64,000 bases of DNA. Origin: Candidatus Enterousia sp. GTDB taxonomy: Bacteria; Pseudomonadota; Alphaproteobacteria; Rs-D84. The stretch covers positions 1-64,000 of the forward strand of contig JAZLBQ010000012.1 of the NCBI GenBank assembly GCA_045613785.1. The letters run 5' to 3'. Shown in pieces: positions 1 to 6,942 of the stretch. The translations under genes and the position numbers were made by a program. How positions within the stretch are numbered: the stretch's first letter is position 1; the number at the start of each line of letters is the position of its first letter. The notes under the pieces were generated by a model. That model saw only the letters and a program-made list of their open reading frames with translations, was not told the origin of the DNA and made no database searches.

Positions 1-1
1 A

Positions 2-23
2 TCCCGGAAAACCGGGAAATTTT
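2..23 (-). terminator. Hairpin terminator downstream of tRNA-Asn (truncated by window edge)
   Basis: TCCCGG-AAAA-CCGGGA inverted repeat immediately 3' of the tRNA CCA end. Confidence 0.55.
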
Positions 24-99
24 TGGCTCGGGCAACTGGACTCGAACCAGTGACATACGGATTAACAGTCCGTTGTTCTACCGACTGAACTATGCCCGA
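24..99 (-). tRNA. tRNA-Asn (GTT)
   Basis: Reverse complement folds as a cloverleaf: acceptor TCGGGCA/TGCCCGA, anticodon loop CTGTTAA, T-loop TTCGAGT, encoded CCA. Confidence 0.97.
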
Positions 100-106
100 A
101 TAGCGA
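62..106. repeat. att-like direct repeat, copy 1 (tRNA-Asn 5' half plus 7 bp upstream)
   Basis: TTAACAGTCCGTTGTTCTACCGACTGAACTATGCCCGAATAGCGA. Confidence 0.95.
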
Positions 107-111
107 ACAGA

Positions 112-140
112 ATAATATATCAAAAAGTCGCAGAAGTCAA
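112..140 (-). promoter_or_regulatory. sigma70-type promoter for the intact tRNA-Asn (island-supplied)
   Basis: TTGACT (140..135), 17-bp spacer, TATTAT (117..112) on the minus strand. Confidence 0.7.
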
Positions 141-484
141 GCATTTTTTGAATGTTGTCATAATATTGTGTAATGTGCGGAAATCCGGGGCTTTTTTCTG
201 TGTGTTTTCGCCCAGGTGTAGCGTGTGTGTAAAACATTTTTTTCGCCTTTTTTGAGCTGTTTTTGTCCGTGTGTCTGGTAACTTTTTTGTGGGCAAAAGT
301 ACAAAATGGTCATAACACGAGTTTTTTGGCAGAAATCTGCGGTTTTGTCGCTTTGTGTGTCTAAAAAAGGTTATTGGCGTGTGTATCACTAAGCACATTA
401 TCGCAGCAGTCCGTGTGTTTAAATGATAGTTTGTCCCGGAAATCCGCCAAAATCCTCAAAAATGTTTTTGCGGTTTTGTTCAAT

Positions 485-516
485 CTGTGTAGCACCTGTG
501 TAAAATACTGAACAGT
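485..516 (+). repeat. Subterminal island repeat, copy near left end (partial third copy at 216..236)
   Basis: CTGTGTAGCACCTGTGTAAAATACTGAACAGT matches 3575..3606 at 28/32 positions. Confidence 0.75.
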
Positions 517-716
517 CGGGATGGTATGCGTTTATATCTGTATCCAGATTTATCAGAAGACGCACGCTTTTTTGCACGCATTTGTTCAATGTAGCGATCC
601 ATACCAAATTTTGTAAAAACGCACCACGTTTTTGCTGCACAGAAAGTGCTTTTTATATATTTGATTTACATTTATAAATTAGGTTGTTAAAATGAGAATA
701 AAAGTAAGAGGCTACA

Positions 717-1331
717 ATGAAAGTTATCAGCAAATATTTACCACATGAATGGGAATTTTTAAGCCTGTGCAGAACAACGGCACTAAATATGTATCTTTTA
801 CTGCTGGTTTTAATCGTTGTTTTAGGCTGGAAAGCTGGATTGCTTGCATTATGTTTTGCGTGGTTAATTGATTACGTTGGTATACTGATTGCAAGACATC
901 AATACAGTAAAACGGAACAAGAGTTTAGAAACTATATAAATTCAGGTTTGAAACCTTATTTAGTGTACGCTGTAACAGATCAACTTGGGACAAGATGGAA
1001 ATTTGTTGTTGATGATAAATTTTCTACTTGGTTTGGAGAAATAAAATATACCCCTTTGGTTTTTGATAAACAGGCGGTTCATACATTTATCGTATTTTTA
1101 TCAGATAAACAGAAAAAGGAATTTGAAAAAGAAGTGTTTGACTCTGGGGTTTCAATAAAGAAATTTTATAAGCAGAAAATTTCTTGTTTGCCGAGGTATG
1201 CACCCATGGATAAAAACATGGCTGTAATCAAAGAGGTTTTAAAAGATAAAAAATTATTGGAAGATATGGACTATGTAGAATCTTTTGAGAAAAAAATATC
1301 CAAATCACTGTCCAAGGGGAGAAAAAAATGA
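717..1331 (+). CDS. Hypothetical membrane protein (island cargo)
   Basis: 204-aa ORF with RBS-like GAGG; N-terminal hydrophobic hairpin; AT-rich. Confidence 0.8.
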   Translation: MKVISKYLPHEWEFLSLCRTTALNMYLLLLVLIVVLGWKAGLLALCFAWLIDYVGILIARHQYSKTEQEFRNYINSGLKPYLVYAVTDQLGTRWKFVVDDKFSTWFGEIKYTPLVFDKQAVHTFIVFLSDKQKKEFEKEVFDSGVSIKKFYKQKISCLPRYAPMDKNMAVIKEVLKDKKLLEDMDYVESFEKKISKSLSKGRKK

Positions 1332-1888
1332 GCTTTATGTCAAAAATATATTTCGGTGCATTTAAGCGAATAGGAAACTTGCGCCTGATGTTTGTTATAA
1401 GCTGTTTGTTTGCAGGTATTAGCTTGATAGTTGTTACTTTTGTTGCTTCGTTTTCGGTAAAATATATAAATATAAACCATATAACAATGGAAGAAACGTT
1501 GGATAGCTACAGTAGTTACAGCCAAGACTTTTCATACGGTTCAAAATTATATGACTTTGTTCAAATAAGACTGAAAGAGAATAAAGAGTATTCAAAATCG
1601 GCTTTAACAAATAAAATAATAGTAAAAAAATATTGTATGTTTGGTAGGCTAGATGAAGCTTTTGGTTTCGCATCCAAGCACTTTGCTAATGTTGGTAAGG
1701 GAAAAACGTACGCTACCCCAGAAGTTCTTTGTAAAGAAGAGCTTGCTCCCTTTAGAATAGCATATACGTTTTCCTATCTGTGGAACTATTTATGGGTTTT
1801 GTTCTGGTTCTATTTTCCTTTTTTGATTGTTTTACCTATCAAATTCGTGACAGATGGTTATCGAAAAGACAAAGGAGAAAACAAATGA
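1328..1888 (+). CDS. Hypothetical protein with two transmembrane segments (island cargo)
   Basis: 186 aa; ATGA overlap with upstream ORF; hydrophobic helices near both ends. Confidence 0.8.
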   Translation: MSFMSKIYFGAFKRIGNLRLMFVISCLFAGISLIVVTFVASFSVKYININHITMEETLDSYSSYSQDFSYGSKLYDFVQIRLKENKEYSKSALTNKIIVKKYCMFGRLDEAFGFASKHFANVGKGKTYATPEVLCKEELAPFRIAYTFSYLWNYLWVLFWFYFPFLIVLPIKFVTDGYRKDKGENK

Positions 1889-2145
1889 TTTCTACAATTT
1901 TATTAGTGGTGTTTGGCGTTTATTCATTGTTGTCTGCTTTAAATGCTAGTAAGGTGGCATTAAGACAGGAAGAATTAGCGAAGAGTTTAAAACCAGACGC
2001 AAACAGAGATATGTATCAATTTGAATTTATGAGAAATATAATAGGTCATGTTTCTAATAGCTTTTATTCAGATTTAAAAACGTCAATATATTATTTTGAA
2101 TTCTTTTTATGTTTGATTGTACTTTTGATAAAGCATGGTTTGTAA
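1885..2145 (+). CDS. Small hypothetical membrane protein (island cargo), starts MISTILL
   Basis: ATGA overlap with previous stop, RBS AAGGAG; two hydrophobic segments; followed by a terminator. Confidence 0.7.
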   Translation: MISTILLVVFGVYSLLSALNASKVALRQEELAKSLKPDANRDMYQFEFMRNIIGHVSNSFYSDLKTSIYYFEFFLCLIVLLIKHGL

Positions 2146-2149
2146 AACA

Positions 2150-2175
2150 ACCGCCCAATTGGGCGGTGTTTTGTT
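2150..2175 (+). terminator. Intrinsic terminator
   Basis: ACCGCCC-AATT-GGGCGGT followed by a T-rich tract. Confidence 0.8.
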
Positions 2176-2184
2176 TGTAACTTA

Positions 2185-2213
2185 TTGACCTTTAACGAAT
2201 TTTTTGCTATAAC
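2185..2213 (+). promoter_or_regulatory. sigma70 promoter of the peptide / LPO_1073-like gene pair
   Basis: TTGACC, 17 bp, TATAAC with extended TG. Confidence 0.75.
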
Positions 2214-2253
2214 TTAGCGAGTTAAAATAACGATAATTACAAAGGGGGCGAAT

Positions 2254-2403
2254 ATGAATTTTAATAATGTTGATTTAATAAATTTAGTAGTAAGTTTTAT
2301 CTCAGGGATTGTTGGTGGTAGTATAGTGGTGCATATAAACAAAAATTCAATAAAACAAACACAAAAAGCAGGCGATAACTCCAAACAAATGCAACGGGCG
2401 TAA
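2254..2403 (+). CDS. 49-aa single-TM peptide with C-terminal QKAGDNSKQMQ motif (not in the ORF track)
   Basis: Hand-translated MNFNNVDLINLVVSFISGIVGGSIVVHINKNSIKQTQKAGDNSKQMQRA; RBS AAGGGGG; own promoter; stop 1 bp before the next ATG. Confidence 0.8.
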   Translation: MNFNNVDLINLVVSFISGIVGGSIVVHINKNSIKQTQKAGDNSKQMQRA

Positions 2404-2404
2404 T

Positions 2405-3466
2405 ATGGATATAACAAAACTAAATCAAAGCGCAGGTGATAACTCTATACAAATCCAAAATCATGGCGATATTATAGTCGGTATGCCACCTGAGATAGTA
2501 TGTCAGGTAATACAAATGTACGGGGAGTGTGCTCGTGCTACGGTGGAAAATCGAATCAAACAATTTTCGGATGATTATTTGATGCCCAGAATAAAAAATC
2601 TAGAAAATGGATTAGAGGCTTTTAGAGATCCTGGCTTTCGGATGCAATTAGTCGAGGCTACCAAGAAGGCGGCTTCGACCGAGCGTAAAATAGATTATTC
2701 AATGTTGGCTGAACTGATGGCAGCTAGGTTTAGCAAGCGAGATGACATAAAATCAAATGCTGTAATAGCTAAAGCGGTAGAAGCTATAAATTTGATTGAC
2801 AACGATTCTCTTGTTGGTCTAACACTGATTTTCTTTGTATCAAGAGCTTTTAAACCTTCTGTGGGGCCTATCCATGAGGGGCTTAAGCTTTTAGATGACA
2901 GTGTCGCCAAAATATTATCAAGTGCAGACTTATCGATAGAAAACAAAAAATGGATAGATAACTTAGAGATAACTCAAACATTAAAAACATATCGTGGCAT
3001 AGGAAGTCTAAAAAGCTTTACAGATATATATACTAGCGAATTGAGTGGTTATGTTGTTGCTGGTGTCGAAAAGGATTCTGAAAAACATGTTTCATTACAA
3101 AAGAAATTAAAATTATATAACCTATCTGCAGATTTCTTAGTTGAGCATGAGTTTGACAGTACGCGTATCAGGTTGAATGTAGCTCATAAAAGACAAATAC
3201 AAGAAATGGAACATTTGTCTAATGAACAAAAAGTTTTTTTGCTGGGTGTTTTTGACGAAATGACCAAAACAGATATCAAAAAAGATATGAAAAGCGCGTT
3301 GGATACATATATAACAGAGAATTGTTCTTCTTTGTCGTTGTTGAGAGAGTTTTGGAATACAATACCGCCACTGGAATTAACGGCATTGGGAAGTCTTATT
3401 GGTTATATGAATATCAAAAGACTATTGCCAAAAATACAAGATAAAGAATTCGATTTTATACAATAG
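2405..3466 (+). CDS. LPO_1073/Vpar_1526-like protein of unknown function
   Basis: 353 aa; N-terminal QSAGDNSIQIQ and the F.DPGF..QL.EA.K.AA.T segment resemble my recollection of this family. Confidence 0.7.
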   Translation: MDITKLNQSAGDNSIQIQNHGDIIVGMPPEIVCQVIQMYGECARATVENRIKQFSDDYLMPRIKNLENGLEAFRDPGFRMQLVEATKKAASTERKIDYSMLAELMAARFSKRDDIKSNAVIAKAVEAINLIDNDSLVGLTLIFFVSRAFKPSVGPIHEGLKLLDDSVAKILSSADLSIENKKWIDNLEITQTLKTYRGIGSLKSFTDIYTSELSGYVVAGVEKDSEKHVSLQKKLKLYNLSADFLVEHEFDSTRIRLNVAHKRQIQEMEHLSNEQKVFLLGVFDEMTKTDIKKDMKSALDTYITENCSSLSLLREFWNTIPPLELTALGSLIGYMNIKRLLPKIQDKEFDFIQ

Positions 3467-3574
3467 ACGAAGTGATTTTGCAAAAAATCTATCCAACAAT
3501 ATCCAAATCAGTACATCGCATATGCAGAAAAACGGTTTTGGGGCTTTGCAAAAAAATCGGTGTAAAGCGATGTG

Positions 3575-3606
3575 CTGTGTAGCGGCTGTGTAAAACACAG
3601 AACAGT
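3575..3606 (+). repeat. Subterminal island repeat, copy near right end
   Basis: CTGTGTAGCGGCTGTGTAAAACACAGAACAGT. Confidence 0.75.
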
Positions 3607-3725
3607 TTAGAACGAATTAAACCATATGTTCGTCCATTATCGTCCAGTCAAAAATGTCAAAAAAATCCCAGATTTACAGGGTGTATACAGTTTTATCAAG
3701 TTTTGGGAAGATTGAATCTAGAAAG

Positions 3726-3770
3726 TTAACAGTCCGTTGTTCTACCGACTGAACTATGCCCGAATAGCGA
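3726..3770 (-). pseudogene. Orphaned 5' half of tRNA-Asn / att-like repeat copy 2
   Basis: Identical to 62..106; identity stops right after the anticodon loop. Confidence 0.92.
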
Positions 3771-3775
3771 TGCTT

Positions 3776-3804
3776 ATAATATACCTTATTTAATCCTATT
3801 TCAA
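3776..3804 (-). promoter_or_regulatory. Probable original host promoter of tRNA-Asn
   Basis: TTGAAA, 17 bp, TATTAT, at the same distance from the tRNA 5' end as the promoter at 112..140. Confidence 0.7.
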
Positions 3805-3915
3805 GTCTTTTTTTGTTTTTTTGTGATTTTTTTTTAAAATCCTGGAATTTCAGGTTTTTTATGCTACGCTTTCTCGCAGAAATTGGATATAGGTAATTTA
3901 TTAAAAGGTATTTGT

Positions 3916-4239
3916 ATGTCTTTTACACAAGAACACGAAACAAATTTGCATGTCGGACCAAATGGAAAAAATTCCGATGGCTGTGACAAGCGTTGCAAAC
4001 TTGGTCACCATTGGTTTACCGGATGGTTCCTCAGCGGAAGTAACAGACTTACAGACTATTGTTGTCCAACCATAGACGGTCAGCCAATCAAGCGGTACAA
4101 GGGGCCGAACGGTGAAATTGTTGATGCCTACCGAATTTATGATGGTTGCACCCCTTATCAAAGGGACCGTATGCTGAAACAGATAAACGAACTGGCACAT
4201 GAAATAGTTAAACTCTGCGATTGTTACAAGACCAGATAA
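3916..4239 (+). CDS. Cys-rich hypothetical protein ending YKTR
   Basis: ATG at 3916 with AAAGG RBS; 107 aa. Confidence 0.75.
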   Translation: MSFTQEHETNLHVGPNGKNSDGCDKRCKLGHHWFTGWFLSGSNRLTDYCCPTIDGQPIKRYKGPNGEIVDAYRIYDGCTPYQRDRMLKQINELAHEIVKLCDCYKTR

Positions 4240-4275
4240 TTCAGTTCGAACACAAATTAGAAAAAGGTAAAATAA

Positions 4276-4707
4276 ATGCTTGATGAAAAAAAAGTTATGT
4301 TTCATTTGTGCAACCTAGATAAATCGAAATCTGTGGTTTTGACCAATTCTGATGGCAAAATTCATTATACTTCAATCAGAAATGCGGTTGGTATTGTTAG
4401 TGCTTTGCTAAAAAAAACCGACACAGAAGCCGGGTGTCTGTGGCCACGTGAATATGAATACATGAAAGTGGGGATGTATTACTGGGGCTTTGCAGGTGGA
4501 AGTGGTTGTGCAGATTTAAGATTAGAAATATCAACAGATTTTCGGGAATTACCAAAATATAATCGTGGTATAAACTGTGTCGGTCAATGGGAAGCCAGAA
4601 AATGTCTGCAAAATCTGGCGGCTGGTAAATGCAAAGATCCGTTTATTCGTAAAGAGATTGGCGAAGTCTTGTTTCCAGAACACTATGGTCCTCAAAAAAC
4701 CAGATAA
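4276..4707 (+). CDS. Cys-containing hypothetical protein ending QKTR
   Basis: 143 aa, AAAGG RBS, followed by a terminator. Confidence 0.8.
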   Translation: MLDEKKVMFHLCNLDKSKSVVLTNSDGKIHYTSIRNAVGIVSALLKKTDTEAGCLWPREYEYMKVGMYYWGFAGGSGCADLRLEISTDFRELPKYNRGINCVGQWEARKCLQNLAAGKCKDPFIRKEIGEVLFPEHYGPQKTR

Positions 4708-4717
4708 CAAATAAACA

Positions 4718-4745
4718 AAATCCACCTAATCGGGTGGATTTTTTA
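4718..4745 (+). terminator. Intrinsic terminator
   Basis: AATCCACC-TAATCG-GGTGGATT plus T tract. Confidence 0.75.
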
Positions 4746-4815
4746 TCTGTTGCAGAATTTAGGGCAGGGTGCTATATTTTATGTGTCCAATACAGAATAA
4801 CAAAAGGATTGTTTT

Positions 4816-5622
4816 ATGTTATTACAGGGTAAAAAGATTTTAATTACAGGTGTTGCAAACGATTGGTCTATGGCGTGGGCAATTGCCAAGCGTGCATCTG
4901 AAATGGGGGCTGAAATTGCAATGCCTTATGCGATGCCTGCACTGGAAAAGCGTGTTCGTCCACTGGCAGAATCAATTGGGGCAAAATTTGTCCAGGAATG
5001 CAATGTCCAAAACGATGCTCAAATGGATGATTTGTTTAATAAAATCGAAACAGAATGGGGGCACTTGGACGGTGTTTTGCACGCTATTGCGTTTTCTGAC
5101 AAGAATGAGCTAACAGGTCGCTATGCCGATACAACTCGTGATAATTTCAAGAACACAATGGATATTTCTGTATATTCTTTGGTTGATATTACACGGCGTG
5201 CATCACGTTTGATGACAAATGGTGGCAGCATTGTAACCTTGACATACTATGGTGGGGAAAAATCTGTTCCAAACTATAATGTTATGGGTGTGGCAAAATC
5301 TGCACTGGACAGCAGTGTTCGATATCTGGCGTCTGACCTGGGGCGCGATGGAATTCGTGTAAATGCGATTAGTGCTGGCCCAATTATGACCTTGGCGTCC
5401 AGTGGTGTTGGCGGATTCAAGGCGATGTTGCGTCTGAACGCAGAAACAACGCCGCTGCGTCGTAATATGACCTTGGACGATGTTTCCGGGGCAGCGATGT
5501 ATCTGTTTAGTGATTTGTCATCTGGTGTGACAGGTGAGGTGCATCATGTTGATTGTGGGTATTCTACAACAGGTATGTTGCCAAACGAAATGAAAGACAT
5601 TTTATTGAAAGGTCTGGATTAG
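4816..5622 (+). CDS. fabI: Enoyl-ACP reductase (NADH)
   Basis: GKKILITGVAN, YNVMGVAKSAL, RVNAISAGPI motifs. Confidence 0.96.
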   Translation: MLLQGKKILITGVANDWSMAWAIAKRASEMGAEIAMPYAMPALEKRVRPLAESIGAKFVQECNVQNDAQMDDLFNKIETEWGHLDGVLHAIAFSDKNELTGRYADTTRDNFKNTMDISVYSLVDITRRASRLMTNGGSIVTLTYYGGEKSVPNYNVMGVAKSALDSSVRYLASDLGRDGIRVNAISAGPIMTLASSGVGGFKAMLRLNAETTPLRRNMTLDDVSGAAMYLFSDLSSGVTGEVHHVDCGYSTTGMLPNEMKDILLKGLD

Positions 5623-5712
5623 AAAAAAAAGTCCCCGGAAACGCCCGGGGATTTTTTAAGTTTGCTTTTTATTTGTAATATTGTTATCCTAGACCCCTGA
5701 AAAAGGATTTAT

Positions 5713-6735
5713 ATGTCAGTCAAGGCAAAACGCCTGATAAAAAAGATTATTAGTTATTCGGGTGTGTTTTTCTTTATCGTTGCTGCAGGAATGTTATGGT
5801 GGCAGTTGCGTTCTTATAGTTTATCGGATATTGCCCATGCAATCATTGATATCCCAATGGCGAATTTAGTTGGTGCATGCGTTGCATGCCTGTTGGGGTA
5901 TTTGGCATTGTCATTGTATGATTATTTGGCGTTAAACTATGTTGGGGGCAAAGTTACCTGGTGGAAATGGATGCTGGCTGGAATGCTAGGCTTTGCCATC
6001 AGTAATAATGCGGGGCACGCTGTGGTCAGTGGCGGTGCAATCCGCTATCGTCTTTATACACGCTGGCGTATTCGTGGTGGCGACATTGTCAAGATGTTGA
6101 CCATCTCAGGTTTCACATATTTCTTGGGTGCTTCTGCGATTGTTGTAATTAGTTATTTTATGGTTCCACACGAATTGTTTGAAAGTTCTGTTGGTGCATC
6201 TGTTGGTATTAATGCATTGTTTATATTCTGTTTATCGACATTATTAGCGTATTTTGCCACGACAATGTTCTTTTACAAGAAAAGCATTAAAATAGGTGAT
6301 ATTAAATTCCAGATTCCATCAACCAAGATGGCATTTTCTCAGACTTTGCTGGGCATAACTGACAGTGTTTTGGCTGGTCTGGTGTTGTATTTTTGTTTGA
6401 TACCATTTGTTGATATTCCATTTGTGATATTTATTGGATTGTTTGCGATTGCCCAGTCCACAGGTGTGTTTAGCCAAGTTCCAGGTGGTATTGGTGTTTT
6501 TGAAAGTGTGTTTATGCTGGCGTTGCCTGATACTGTGGACAAGGCGAATATTTTTGGTGCGTTGCTTGCCTATCGCATAATTTACTATGTTTTTCCACTG
6601 ATTGGCATGGGCAGTTTGTTCTTTGTTTACGAACGCTGGCTACGCAGTCGCATGAAACGTTGGCTGGCAGAAGCCAAGGAAAAAATCCCAGCAAAAATCA
6701 ACCAGATAAAATCCGAAATAAAAATCAGAAAATAA
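5713..6735 (+). CDS. Lysylphosphatidylglycerol synthase TM-domain (MprF flippase-like / UPF0104) protein
   Basis: Polytopic; SGGAIRYRLY, VPGGIGVFE, LLAYRIIYY motifs. Confidence 0.85.
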   Translation: MSVKAKRLIKKIISYSGVFFFIVAAGMLWWQLRSYSLSDIAHAIIDIPMANLVGACVACLLGYLALSLYDYLALNYVGGKVTWWKWMLAGMLGFAISNNAGHAVVSGGAIRYRLYTRWRIRGGDIVKMLTISGFTYFLGASAIVVISYFMVPHELFESSVGASVGINALFIFCLSTLLAYFATTMFFYKKSIKIGDIKFQIPSTKMAFSQTLLGITDSVLAGLVLYFCLIPFVDIPFVIFIGLFAIAQSTGVFSQVPGGIGVFESVFMLALPDTVDKANIFGALLAYRIIYYVFPLIGMGSLFFVYERWLRSRMKRWLAEAKEKIPAKINQIKSEIKIRK

Positions 6736-6776
6736 ATACCTTGCGAACTGGTATTATTGCGTGCTAGAATATCCCC

Positions 6777-6942
6777 AGTGTATGACACGGGGTTATTAAG
6801 CAAGTGTTTGTATTGTCGCTATTTTCAATAATTCGCAGTGCACTGATGGTTATCGTGGTGCAATCTCTTGGCATGGGCTTGGACGCCCCACGGGGACGGA
6901 TTATTGCCGTTGCATACGCCGCAAAAACAAAAGGATTATTAA
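6777..6942 (+). promoter_or_regulatory. Long structured 5' leader of the RNase E/G gene
   Basis: Promoter-like TTGCGA...TAGAAT at 6741..6770; long-range pairing 6780..6790 with 6907..6917; internal hairpins. Confidence 0.5.

Larger units (their letters stand above)
62..3770. mobile_element. ~3.6 kb genomic islet integrated in tRNA-Asn; no integrase visible
   Basis: Identical 45-bp direct repeats at 62..106 and 3726..3770 starting at the anticodon loop; AT-rich cargo ORFs between them. Confidence 0.85.

Noticed and set aside
73-640. Short ORFs in the left island arm as integrase remnants
   Set aside because: No R-H-R-Y catalytic motifs or RBS are recognisable, and one ORF overlaps the tRNA. 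A decayed remnant cannot be excluded without a search.
5713-6735. MprF-like protein without a synthase domain as a pseudogene
   Set aside because: Stand-alone TM-domain proteins of this size are a common family, and the ORF is intact.
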